64,000 nucleotides of DNA, taken from the NCBI GenBank assembly GCA_902560565.1, contig CACEMG010000001.1, positions 166,194 through 230,193 of the forward strand, read 5' to 3'. Under the pieces are notes generated by a model. That model searched no databases. It saw only the letters and a list, made by a program, of their open reading frames with translations, and was not told where the DNA came from. The DNA is from an uncultured Pelagibacteraceae bacterium. Lineage in GTDB: Bacteria > Pseudomonadota > Alphaproteobacteria > Pelagibacterales > Pelagibacteraceae. Below are positions 29,329-38,960 of this stretch, one piece after another (the stretch's first letter is position 1; each line of letters opens with the position of its first letter). Made by a program: the position numbers and the translations under genes.

Positions 29329-29381
29329 CAAGACCCTTTATCTCACTTTGAAAAATAAAAATTTCAAATATAAATACATCA

Positions 29382-30083
29382 ATGAAATTTATTAAAAACT
29401 ATCAATTTAACTTAGTTCGAAAAAGTCAAAAAATTGTATTAGGCTTATTTTTAATTGTCTTAATACTTGGTTTATTTGAAGCTTTGATACTATCTCCTGA
29501 AGATTATCTTCAAGGTGACTCTGTTAGAATAATGTATGTCCATGTTCCATCAGCATGGATTTCACTTGGCATATTTTCATTAATGGCAACCCTTTCAATT
29601 TTAGTAATAGTTTTTAAGAATAAAATGTTTTTTTTAATTGCAAAAAGTTTAGCTCCCTCTGGATTTGTATTTAGTTTAATAGCTTTAGTTACCGGTTCGA
29701 TATGGGGAAAACCAACGTGGGGAACTTGGTGGGCTTGGGATGCTAGAATAACTTCAATGTTAATATTATGCATCTTTTATTTGATGTATTTGCTAGCATG
29801 GAGAATTTTTGAGAACAAAGATTATGTAACTAAAATAACCTCATTTATTGCAATATTAGGATTTATAAATATTCCAATTATAAAGTTTTCAGTTGATTGG
29901 TGGTCAACTTTACATCAACCTTCATCTGTAAATGTATTCTCCAAAACTACCATTCATTTTACCATGCTAATACCTCTAGGCATTATGACTGCGGCATTTG
30001 CTCTATTTTCCTTACTTATTTTTTTAATGAAATATAATACAGAATTGATAAAAATTAAGAATAAAGGATTAGATAGATTATGA
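29382..30083 (+). CDS. ccmC: Heme exporter protein C
   Basis: RIMYVHVP, WGKPTWGTWWAWDARITS, WWSTLHQ. Confidence 0.96.
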   Translation: MKFIKNYQFNLVRKSQKIVLGLFLIVLILGLFEALILSPEDYLQGDSVRIMYVHVPSAWISLGIFSLMATLSILVIVFKNKMFFLIAKSLAPSGFVFSLIALVTGSIWGKPTWGTWWAWDARITSMLILCIFYLMYLLAWRIFENKDYVTKITSFIAILGFINIPIIKFSVDWWSTLHQPSSVNVFSKTTIHFTMLIPLGIMTAAFALFSLLIFLMKYNTELIKIKNKGLDRL

Positions 30084-30313
30084 TTTTAGAATTTTTACAT
30101 ATGAACGGCTACGGTTATTACGTTCTCCCTTCATTTTTGTTCACGCTCGTTTGTTTTCTTGGACTTTACATAATAACAAAATCACAACTTTCAAAAGAGC
30201 AAAATAAATTTAATGTTAAATTTGGTGAATTAAACTCTGAACAAGTTAAAGAGGCTAAAAAACAAAAAATTTACAAAGAAATAATAGCGACAGAGACACT
30301 TTCTAGAATTTAA
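30080..30313 (+). CDS. ccmD: Heme exporter protein D
   Basis: MNGYGYYV plus one TM helix; position between ccmC and ccmE. Confidence 0.75.
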   Translation: MILEFLHMNGYGYYVLPSFLFTLVCFLGLYIITKSQLSKEQNKFNVKFGELNSEQVKEAKKQKIYKEIIATETLSRI

Positions 30314-30321
30314 CTTTTAGT

Positions 30322-30741
30322 ATGTATAGCAAAAAAGTTAAGTTAAGAGCATTATTTCTATTTCTTTCTTTAATAACTCTTATATTAACCATTTTTTTGG
30401 TTTTGAAAGCCTTAGAGGAAAATGTTGTATATTTTTTATCTCCTACAGAAATTAAAAACTTAAATGAGATAACCACGGAAAAAATTAGAGTTGGTGGCAT
30501 GGTCAAAGATCAATCCATAAAAATTAACGCTGATAAAATAAATTTTATTATTACTGATTTTAAAAATGAAATTAATGTTGTTTACTCAGGAATGGTTCCA
30601 AATCTTTTTCAAGAAAATAAAGGTGTTGTAGCAGAGGGTATTCTTAGAGATAAATATTATTTTAAAGCAGAAAAGATTCTGGCTAAACATGATGAAAATT
30701 ATATTCCCCCAGAAGTCAAAGCCAGTATAGGAGAAAAATAA
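30322..30741 (+). CDS. ccmE: Cytochrome c maturation heme chaperone
   Basis: [27 protein letters not shown]. Confidence 0.96.
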   Translation: MYSKKVKLRALFLFLSLITLILTIFLVLKALEENVVYFLSPTEIKNLNEITTEKIRVGGMVKDQSIKINADKINFIITDFKNEINVVYSGMVPNLFQENKGVVAEGILRDKYYFKAEKILAKHDENYIPPEVKASIGEK

Positions 30742-30742
30742 A

Positions 30743-32635
30743 TTGATTCTAAATTATATAGGTAATTTCTCTCTTTTATTTTGTTTCATTATTTCATTAA
30801 TAATATTTTTTACTTGCTTATCATGTTTAAATAATAAAAATTTTTTTCTTAAAAAAAATTTAAATGAACTTCTATTTTTTAAATTTTTTTTCGCTTTATT
30901 AAGCTTTTGTAGTCTTGTAGTATTATTTATTAATTCTGAGTTTAGTAATGAGACAGTTCTAAATAACTCCCATATTTCAAAACCTTTATTTTATAAAATA
31001 TCAGGTACGTGGGGTAATCATGAAGGTAGTTTACTTCTATGGCTTTTAATATTGACTTTTTTTGCTTTTTTTTATTTTTTAAAATCTAAAACCAGACCTG
31101 CCGATGAAAGATTGTTAACAATCATGTTTCAAGAAGTAATAATTTTAGGTTTCTTATTCTTTTTATTAAAAGCTTCAAATCCTTTTAATATAATTTACCC
31201 TGTACCAAAAGAGGGATTGGGATTAAATCCAATTTTGCAAGATCCATTATTGGCTATTCATCCTCCTGTTCTTTATTTAGGATACGTGACTACTTCAATA
31301 GTATTTTCCTCTTCATTAGCAGGATTAATAAAGGGGAATATAAATAATTTGTGGGCCAAAGATATTAGAAAGTGGGTTTTTATATCTTGGACATTTCTAA
31401 CCCTTGGTATTCTACTTGGATCTATTTGGGCCTATTATGAATTAGGTTGGGGAGGTTTTTGGTTTTGGGATCCAGTTGAAAATATTTCTTTAATGCCTTG
31501 GCTAAGTCTTACTGCACTTGTTCATTGTGTATTAGTTTTAGAAAAAAGATCAATTTTTCATTCTTGGACTGTAATACTTTCTATTATAACTTTTACATTA
31601 GGTATATGCGGAACATTTCTAGTTCGATCTGGAATATTAAATTCAGTTCATACTTTCGCAAATGATCCAGAAAGAGGTTTATACATATTATTCTTTTTAT
31701 TTTTCCTAATTTTTTTGTCTGTTTTAATTTATTTTATTAACGAAGATAAATTCGAAAAAAATAATAAAAATTTAAACTTTTACACTAAAGAAACTTCAAT
31801 AATTTTAAACAACTGGTTTGTAATGTATTTTTTGTCAGTCATTTTGATTGGTACGGTATATCCAATTTTTTTAGAGGTTTTATCAAATGAAAAGATTTCG
31901 GTAGGTCCACCATTTTTCAATAAATTAATAATTCCTTTTTTAATTCCATTCTTAATTTTTATGTCGATTGCCCCAAATTTAAAATGGATTAAAAATAATA
32001 ACTTTTTAAATAAGTTTAAATTAATAATAATATTTATTTTGAGTTTTAGTTTATCAATAATAGTCTCGAGATTTTTTGGAAATACCGCATTAAATATAAC
32101 AATATTATTAGCTGCTAGCTTCTATCTTTTTATTACAACCATTAAAGACTTTATGAAAAAGGGTTTTAAAAACTATTCACAAACAATTTCTCATTTTGGT
32201 TTCAGCTTATTAGTTTTAAGTATACTTATGAATAGTATTTTTTCAGAGGAAATAACTTCAAATATGCGTGTAGGAGATGAAATCAATTTCTCCGATAAAA
32301 CTATAAAATTACAAAAACTTGAAAACTCAACTGAGGCAAACTTTTTAAAGCTGATTGCTTATTTTAAAATTGAAGAAGAAAATAAAACAAAATTTGTTTT
32401 ACAGCCAGAAATTAGAATTTATGATAAACCAAAAACTGTAACAAGTGAAGCAGCAATTAAGACAGATATTTTTAAGGATAGATTTTTAGTTATCAACTTG
32501 GTTAAAGAAAATGAATACTTGAACGTAAGATATCAAGAAAAGCCCTTTATGCTTTGGATTTGGATATCAGCAATTTTAATTTCTTTAGGGGGTATAATAA
32601 ATATTTTAAAAAAAAATGAAAAACAAATATTATAA
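30743..32635 (+). CDS. ccmF: Heme lyase CcmF
   Basis: WGNHEGSLLLW, IHPP.LYLGY, WAYYELGWGGFWFWDPVEN, SVHTFA. Confidence 0.96.
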   Translation: MILNYIGNFSLLFCFIISLIIFFTCLSCLNNKNFFLKKNLNELLFFKFFFALLSFCSLVVLFINSEFSNETVLNNSHISKPLFYKISGTWGNHEGSLLLWLLILTFFAFFYFLKSKTRPADERLLTIMFQEVIILGFLFFLLKASNPFNIIYPVPKEGLGLNPILQDPLLAIHPPVLYLGYVTTSIVFSSSLAGLIKGNINNLWAKDIRKWVFISWTFLTLGILLGSIWAYYELGWGGFWFWDPVENISLMPWLSLTALVHCVLVLEKRSIFHSWTVILSIITFTLGICGTFLVRSGILNSVHTFANDPERGLYILFFLFFLIFLSVLIYFINEDKFEKNNKNLNFYTKETSIILNNWFVMYFLSVILIGTVYPIFLEVLSNEKISVGPPFFNKLIIPFLIPFLIFMSIAPNLKWIKNNNFLNKFKLIIIFILSFSLSIIVSRFFGNTALNITILLAASFYLFITTIKDFMKKGFKNYSQTISHFGFSLLVLSILMNSIFSEEITSNMRVGDEINFSDKTIKLQKLENSTEANFLKLIAYFKIEEENKTKFVLQPEIRIYDKPKTVTSEAAIKTDIFKDRFLVINLVKENEYLNVRYQEKPFMLWIWISAILISLGGIINILKKNEKQIL

Positions 32636-33146
32636 ATTTTCTATTGTAACATTTCTTATATTTATATTTTTAATTTTTTATTATGGATTAAAAGAAAAAC
32701 ATTTATATACACCAGAGGATATAGTTATTAAAAGATTTCCTAATTTATTTCTTAATGATTTTCATTCTTACAATGAAACCTCTCTCGATAATATTTTGAT
32801 AGATAGTAATTATTATCTCATAAATATATGGGCGTCATGGTGTTTGCCGTGTAGAGAGGAACATCCATATTTAGTTCAATTAAAAAAAAATTCACTTATT
32901 AAAATTATTGGAATTAATTATAAGGATAAAAAAGATAGTGCTTTAAAATTTCTTGATAAGTTTGAAAATCCTTACACCCATATATTAAGTGATACAAATG
33001 GAACAGCTTCTATTGAAATTGGAGCATATGGCGTTCCAGAAAGTTTTGTTTTGAATAAAAAAAAAGAAATTATTAAAAAAATTATTGGTCCAATTGATAA
33101 AAAAAAATTTAATGAGATAATAAAATTGTTAAAAAATGAAAACTAA
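32616..33146 (+). CDS. ccmG: Thiol:disulfide interchange protein CcmG/DsbE
   Basis: TM anchor, WASWCLPCREEHP, GINYKD, GAYGVPES. Confidence 0.93.
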   Translation: MKNKYYKFSIVTFLIFIFLIFYYGLKEKHLYTPEDIVIKRFPNLFLNDFHSYNETSLDNILIDSNYYLINIWASWCLPCREEHPYLVQLKKNSLIKIIGINYKDKKDSALKFLDKFENPYTHILSDTNGTASIEIGAYGVPESFVLNKKKEIIKKIIGPIDKKKFNEIIKLLKNEN

Positions 33147-33507
33147 ATTTATATTATTTATAATTTTCTGCTTGTTTCTTTTTCCAAAATTAACTTTTTC
33201 AGAAAACTTAAAATTAGAAAATAAAATAAACAAAAATTTAAGATGTTTAATTTGTCAGGGTCAGTCTATTTACGACTCACAATCTGATTTTGCTGAAAGT
33301 ATGAAAATTGTAGTTAAACAAAAAATTAATTCTGGCATGAATGAAGAAGAGATATATTCATTTTTTAAAACGCAATATGGCGAATGGATATTGTATGACC
33401 CCCAATTTAACACTAAAAGCTTTGTTCTTTGGCTACTTCCAATTATTGTGTTTTTGGCTGGAGGGATAATAATATTGTCCAAATTTGGAGTTTTAAAGAA
33501 AAGATAA
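33136..33507 (+). CDS. ccmH: Cytochrome c biogenesis protein CcmH/CycL
   Basis: LRCLICQGQSI.DS, YGEWILY.P, LWLLP. Confidence 0.92.
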   Translation: MKTKFILFIIFCLFLFPKLTFSENLKLENKINKNLRCLICQGQSIYDSQSDFAESMKIVVKQKINSGMNEEEIYSFFKTQYGEWILYDPQFNTKSFVLWLLPIIVFLAGGIIILSKFGVLKKR

Positions 33508-33532
33508 TAAGTTATATTAATAATGTAAAATT

Positions 33533-34054
33533 ATGAGAAATATTTTTTTAAATTTATTTTGTTTTGTTTTAATAGTTTCATTTTATACAACATCTATTAA
33601 AAGTGATGAGGTAAAAGATTTAACAGATCCACATAAATACAATTTTTTTACTGGAATGTTCGATTTTAGTGATAACTATAGAAAATCTACAATAATAGGT
33701 ATTCAGCACAACAATGAAAATTTATATAGAGATACTTTATTAGGAACCATTTCACCCGTGACAGGTTTTCTTGTAACTGGTGATGCTGCAACGTATTTAT
33801 ATACTGGTGTCCAGGCAGAGTACAATTTGGGTAACATAAATTTTACCCCAAGCTTTACACCTGGGTTATATGGAATGGGGGATGGAAAAGATTTAGGACA
33901 CGATGTACAGTTTAAAAGTGAATTACAGCTATCATTTGATTTATTAAAAGATTCTGAATTAGGTTTTTCTTACAATCATATATCCAATGCAGATTTAGGA
34001 GATAAGAATCCTGGGGCAAATAGTTATATGTTTAATTTCATGAAAAAATTTTAA
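33533..34054 (+). CDS. pagL: Lipid A 3-O-deacylase (PagL/acyloxyacyl hydrolase family) beta-barrel
   Basis: Signal peptide, GKDLG..QFKS, catalytic HISNA...NPG.N, C-terminal Phe. Confidence 0.8.
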   Translation: MRNIFLNLFCFVLIVSFYTTSIKSDEVKDLTDPHKYNFFTGMFDFSDNYRKSTIIGIQHNNENLYRDTLLGTISPVTGFLVTGDAATYLYTGVQAEYNLGNINFTPSFTPGLYGMGDGKDLGHDVQFKSELQLSFDLLKDSELGFSYNHISNADLGDKNPGANSYMFNFMKKF

Positions 34055-34063
34055 TTTTCAACC

Positions 34064-35215
34064 ATGAGATTAAAAGACTGTCATAACTTTCAAGATTTTA
34101 GAAAATTAGCAGAGAAAAAACTTCCGAGTCCAATATTTCATTACATCGATGGTGCTGCAGATGATGAAATCACTTATAGCCGGAATACTTCAGCTTTTAA
34201 TGATGTTGACCTTGTTCCAAATGTTTTACGAGGAGTAGAAAATGTCGATTTATCAACTACAATTTTTGGAAAAAAAATTGATTTACCTTTTTATTGTTCA
34301 CCTACAGCCTTACAGAGACTTTTTCACTACGATGGAGAAAGAGCAGTTGGTAAAGCAGCAAAGAAATTTAATACTATGTTTGGAGTATCGGCTCTTGCTA
34401 CAGTAAGTGTAGAGGAAATATCATCTTTGATTGATACTCCAAAAATGTTTCAGTTTTATTTCCACAAAGATAGAGGTTTAAACGACTCGTGCTTAGAACG
34501 TGCTAAAGCGGCAAACTTTGATGTTATGGCTTTAACAGTAGATACAATTACTGGAGGTAATAGAGAGAGGGACTTAAGAACTGGTTTTACATCTCCTCCA
34601 AAATTAACCCTAGCAAGTTTATTTAGTTTTGCCACAAAACCAATGTGGGGAATAAATTATCTGACAAAAGGAAAATTTGAGTTACCTCATTTACAGGATT
34701 ACGTTAAAGAAGGAACAAGCACCAATACATCTATTGGTAATTATTTTTCTACAATGTTAGATCAATCAATGAATTGGAAAGATGCAGAAAAATTATGCGC
34801 TCAGTGGAATGGCCATTTTGCACTTAAAGGAGTGATGAGTGTCGAAGATGCAAAAAAAGCAGTTGATATTGGATGTACTGGTATAATGGTTTCAAATCAT
34901 GGAGGAAGACAACTTGATGGCTCAAGATCTCCATTTGATCAGTTAGCAGAAATCGTTGATGCTGTTGGAGATAAAATTGATGTAATTTGTGAAGGTGGTT
35001 TCCAAAGAGGTACACATATGCTAAAGGCTTTATCACTTGGTGCAAAAGCATGCGCGGGTGGAAGATTATATTTATATGCATTAGCTGCCGCAGGACAAGC
35101 TGGCGTTGAGAGAGCTTTAGGTCAATATAAAGCTGAACTAGAAAGAGATATGAAACTTATGGGATGTACTAAAATAAGTGATCTCAGTAGGAAAAATTTA
35201 AAATTTAGAGTTTAA
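34064..35215 (+). CDS. lldD: FMN-dependent L-2-hydroxyacid dehydrogenase (LldD/glycolate oxidase family), copy 1
   Basis: FHYIDG.A.DE.T, FQFY, LTVD, GNRERD, LKG, SNHGGRQLDG. Confidence 0.88.
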   Translation: MRLKDCHNFQDFRKLAEKKLPSPIFHYIDGAADDEITYSRNTSAFNDVDLVPNVLRGVENVDLSTTIFGKKIDLPFYCSPTALQRLFHYDGERAVGKAAKKFNTMFGVSALATVSVEEISSLIDTPKMFQFYFHKDRGLNDSCLERAKAANFDVMALTVDTITGGNRERDLRTGFTSPPKLTLASLFSFATKPMWGINYLTKGKFELPHLQDYVKEGTSTNTSIGNYFSTMLDQSMNWKDAEKLCAQWNGHFALKGVMSVEDAKKAVDIGCTGIMVSNHGGRQLDGSRSPFDQLAEIVDAVGDKIDVICEGGFQRGTHMLKALSLGAKACAGGRLYLYALAAAGQAGVERALGQYKAELERDMKLMGCTKISDLSRKNLKFRV

Positions 35216-36366
35216 TGAATATTTCTGATTGTAGAAATTTCAAAGATTTTAGAAAACTTGCAAAAAAAAAACTTCCTGCACCTATTTTTCATTATATAGA
35301 TGGTGGTGCTGACGATGAAGTTACATTAAGAAGAAACACTAGCGCATTTGATGATTGTGATTTAGTACCAAATATTCTAGCTAGTGTTGGTAAACCAGAT
35401 TTATCAACAACTATTTTTGGCAGGAAAATAGATTTACCTATTTTTCTTTCCCCAACTGCAATGCAAAGATTGTACCATCCAGATGGTGATAAGGCCTCAG
35501 CAAGAGCTGCTGAGAAATTTGGTACATTTTACAGTATGTCAACGATGGCAAACAATTCAATCGAGGAAATATCAAATATTTCAAGTGGTCCGAAATTGTT
35601 TCAGCTTTATGTACACAAAGATAAATCTATCACAGACGATTTATTAGATAGATGTAAAAGATCAGGTTTTGACGGCATGTGTCTTACCGTTGATACACTA
35701 GTTGCAGGAAACAGAGAGAAAGATCATAGAACTGGATTTACAACTCCCCCTAAACTTACTTTAAATAGTTTATTAAGTTTCGCATTAAGACCATCTTGGG
35801 TACTAAGTTATTTTACAAATAAAAAATTTGAATTATCTAATGTTGTAAAAAAAACTGACAAAGGTACTAATATCGCTAAATCAGTAATTGATTATATTAA
35901 TGAGCAATATGATCCTAAGATGAACTGGAAAGATGCTGAGTATTGTGTAAAAAAATGGAATGGTCCATTTGCGTTAAAGGGTGTCATGTCTGTAGAGGAT
36001 GCGAAACGCGCTATTGATATTGGATGTACTGCTATAATGGTATCTAACCATGGAGGAAGACAATTAGATGGTTCGCGTTCTCCGTTTGATCAAATAAAAG
36101 CTATCTCAGATGCAGTTGGAGATAAGCTAGAGATAATACTTGATGGAGGTATAAGGAGAGGAACACATGTTCTCAAAGCCTTGGCAGCTGGTGCAAAAGC
36201 ATGTAGTTTCGGTAAAATGTTTCTGTTTTCTTTGAGCGCAGGTGGTCAACAAGGCGTTGAACATTTACTTAAAATAATGCATGATGAAATAAATAGAAAT
36301 ATGATTTTGATGGGTTGTAAGAATTTATCAGAGTTAAATAGTTCAAAATTAATTTATAGAAATTAG
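35215..36366 (+). CDS. lldD: FMN-dependent L-2-hydroxyacid dehydrogenase (LldD/glycolate oxidase family), copy 2
   Basis: Same motif set as copy 1, plus DGGIRRG; start overlaps the copy 1 stop (TAATG). Confidence 0.88.
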   Translation: MNISDCRNFKDFRKLAKKKLPAPIFHYIDGGADDEVTLRRNTSAFDDCDLVPNILASVGKPDLSTTIFGRKIDLPIFLSPTAMQRLYHPDGDKASARAAEKFGTFYSMSTMANNSIEEISNISSGPKLFQLYVHKDKSITDDLLDRCKRSGFDGMCLTVDTLVAGNREKDHRTGFTTPPKLTLNSLLSFALRPSWVLSYFTNKKFELSNVVKKTDKGTNIAKSVIDYINEQYDPKMNWKDAEYCVKKWNGPFALKGVMSVEDAKRAIDIGCTAIMVSNHGGRQLDGSRSPFDQIKAISDAVGDKLEIILDGGIRRGTHVLKALAAGAKACSFGKMFLFSLSAGGQQGVEHLLKIMHDEINRNMILMGCKNLSELNSSKLIYRN

Positions 36367-36380
36367 ATTGGAGATTTTAA

Positions 36381-37544
36381 ATGAAGTTAGCAAAAAGTTT
36401 AGATAGATTAGGAACAGAAACAGCATTTAGCGTTCTCGCAGAGGCTAAAAAGTTGGAAGCTCAAGGTAAACCTATGATCCACTTAGGGTTAGGTCAGCCA
36501 GATTTTAAAACTCCAAAACATGTTGTTGATGCTGCTAAAAAAGCTTTAGATGATGGTCATCATGGATATGTGATGTCAAATGGCATTCCTGAATGTAGAC
36601 AAGCTGTAACTAGATGGATTAAAAAAAGATATAATGCAGATGTAAGTGCTGAAAGAATATTAATTATGCCGGGTGGAAAACCTACGATGACATATGCAAT
36701 TCAATGTTTTGGTGAGCCAGGAGCTGAAATTATCAATCCAACTCCAGCTTTCCCAATTTATGAGTCAATGATAAATTATACAGGAGCAACTTCTGTGAAA
36801 TATGATTTAACTGAGGATAAAGATCTTAAATTTAGTGCTGAGAAAATTCTTTCATTGATAACTGATAAAACGAGACTATTAGTTTTAATTAACCCTAATA
36901 ATCCAACAGGAAGTTTTGTTGAAAAACAAGAAATTGACAAAATAGCTGAAGGTTTAAAAAAATATCCACATGTTACTATTTTAAGTGACGAGATTTATAG
37001 TCGACAAATATTTGATGGAAAAGAAATGCCCTCTTTTTTCAATTATCCTGAATTAAGAGATAGATTAATAGTTTTAGAGGGATGGAGTAAAGCTTACTCC
37101 ATGACTGGTTGGAGATTAGGTTGGAGTTTTTGGCCTGAACATTTAGTTGAGCATGTAAATAAATTATTAATCAACAGTGTATCATGTGTCAATGCTGCTG
37201 CCCAGTTTGCCGGCATTGCTGCTCTTGATGGACCGGATGACTCTATCCATGAAATGATGGAAAAATTTACTGCAAGACGAAAACTTATTCATGAAGGATT
37301 AAATAGCTTGCCCGGTGTTGAATGTAGTTTGCCTGGTGGAGCCTTTTATGCTTTTCCAAAAGTAAGTGGAACGGGCATGAGCGGAGCAGAATTCTGCAAA
37401 AAAGCTATGCATGAGGCAGGAGTTGCAATTGTTCCTGGAACTGCATTTGGAAAAAGCTGTAATGATTATGTAAGATTCAGTTTTGCAGCATCAAGAGATA
37501 ATATTTCTCAAGCTCTTGAAAATGTCAAAAAAATGCTAGGATAA
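36381..37544 (+). CDS. PLP-dependent class I/II aminotransferase (AspC-like)
   Basis: GQPDF.TP, NPNNPTG, SDEIY, SKAYSMTGWRLG, GAFY, VRFSFA. Confidence 0.92.
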   Translation: MKLAKSLDRLGTETAFSVLAEAKKLEAQGKPMIHLGLGQPDFKTPKHVVDAAKKALDDGHHGYVMSNGIPECRQAVTRWIKKRYNADVSAERILIMPGGKPTMTYAIQCFGEPGAEIINPTPAFPIYESMINYTGATSVKYDLTEDKDLKFSAEKILSLITDKTRLLVLINPNNPTGSFVEKQEIDKIAEGLKKYPHVTILSDEIYSRQIFDGKEMPSFFNYPELRDRLIVLEGWSKAYSMTGWRLGWSFWPEHLVEHVNKLLINSVSCVNAAAQFAGIAALDGPDDSIHEMMEKFTARRKLIHEGLNSLPGVECSLPGGAFYAFPKVSGTGMSGAEFCKKAMHEAGVAIVPGTAFGKSCNDYVRFSFAASRDNISQALENVKKMLG

Positions 37545-37580
37545 GTTTATTTTTGTTAATAGGCTTGTTATACTAATTTA

Positions 37581-38957
37581 ATGAACAACTCTTCTTTAAA
37601 ACAAGAACTTACAAGTTTATTAAAAGATAGATTTTCTTTATCTCAATCAACCAGAGCAAATTATGCAAGAGGAGAAGACACATACGATCCTATTCTCTCA
37701 CAGGCAGTAGTATTCCCAGAGACAAATGAAGAAGTTTCTGGAATTTTAAAACTTTGCAATGATCACAAAGTTCCAGTAGTGCCATTTGGAACAGGAACTT
37801 CTTTAGAGGGCAATGTAGTTGGTAACGATAAAGGAATAACAATTTCTTTAGAAAAAATGGATAAAATTTTAAGTGTTAATGCAGCAGACTTTGATTGCAG
37901 GGTTCAAGCAAATGTAACAAGAGAAAAATTAAATGAATATTTAAGAGAGGATGGAGTATTTTTTCCTATAGACCCAGGTGCTAATGCTGCAATAGGTGGG
38001 ATGGCATCGACATCGGCCTCTGGAACTATGGCTGTAAAATATGGAACTATGAAAACAGTAATTACCGGTTTGACTGTAGTTTTACCAAGTGGAGAAATAA
38101 TAAAAACAGGCACAAGAACAAAAAAAACTTCAGCAGGATATAATCTTACGAATTTATTTATTGGTTCAGAGGGCACACTTGGGATTATAACTGAAGTTCA
38201 ACTTAGATTATCTCCAATACCAGATAGCATGATGAGTGCTATATGTCATTTTAATACATTGGAGGAAGCTGTTAAGACAGCTCAAGAAACAATTCAGTAT
38301 GGTGTTCCGATCGCAAGGATTGAAATGCTTAATAAAGATCAAATGGATATAAGTATCAATTACTCAAAACTTAAAGATATCAAAACTTTACCTACATTGT
38401 TTTTTGAATTTCATGGAACTGAGATTTCTAATAAGGAGTCAATTAAAATTGTAGAGGAAATTTCAAAGAATAATAATGGTAGTGCTTTTAAATGGGCTGA
38501 CACGTTAGAGGAAAGAAATCATCTGTGGCGAGCAAGATGGGATGTTTATTATTCTGTAAAAGCATTAGTAGATAACGGAAGGGTTTATTCAACAGACGTA
38601 TGTGTGCCAATATCAAAAATAACCGAATGCGTTAAGTTTGCTGAGGAAGAAGTTAAAAAGTTTGGTCTTAGAGCACCAATGGTTGGCCATCTAGGAGATG
38701 GAAACTTCCACGTTTTATTTCCTTACGATCCTAAAGACAAAACTGTTTATAAAAAAATCAGAGAATTTAGCGATTTGTTAATCGACAAAACTTTAGACCT
38801 TGAGGGCACGATTACAGGAGAACATGGAGTAGGTCTTCATAAAAAAAGTTACTTATTAAAAGAACATCCAGATAATATACCTGTCATGAAAACTATTAAA
38901 AGAAGCTTGGACCCAAATAACATTATGAATCCTGGGAAAATTTTCGATATTAATTAA
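37581..38957 (+). CDS. FAD-linked D-2-hydroxyacid (D-lactate/glycolate-type) dehydrogenase
   Basis: PFGTGTSLEG, FPIDPGA.A.IGGM, GSEGTLG, GHLGDGNFH, GEHGVG, NPGK; no glcE/glcF alongside. Confidence 0.85.
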   Translation: MNNSSLKQELTSLLKDRFSLSQSTRANYARGEDTYDPILSQAVVFPETNEEVSGILKLCNDHKVPVVPFGTGTSLEGNVVGNDKGITISLEKMDKILSVNAADFDCRVQANVTREKLNEYLREDGVFFPIDPGANAAIGGMASTSASGTMAVKYGTMKTVITGLTVVLPSGEIIKTGTRTKKTSAGYNLTNLFIGSEGTLGIITEVQLRLSPIPDSMMSAICHFNTLEEAVKTAQETIQYGVPIARIEMLNKDQMDISINYSKLKDIKTLPTLFFEFHGTEISNKESIKIVEEISKNNNGSAFKWADTLEERNHLWRARWDVYYSVKALVDNGRVYSTDVCVPISKITECVKFAEEEVKKFGLRAPMVGHLGDGNFHVLFPYDPKDKTVYKKIREFSDLLIDKTLDLEGTITGEHGVGLHKKSYLLKEHPDNIPVMKTIKRSLDPNNIMNPGKIFDIN

Positions 38958-38960
38958 ACT

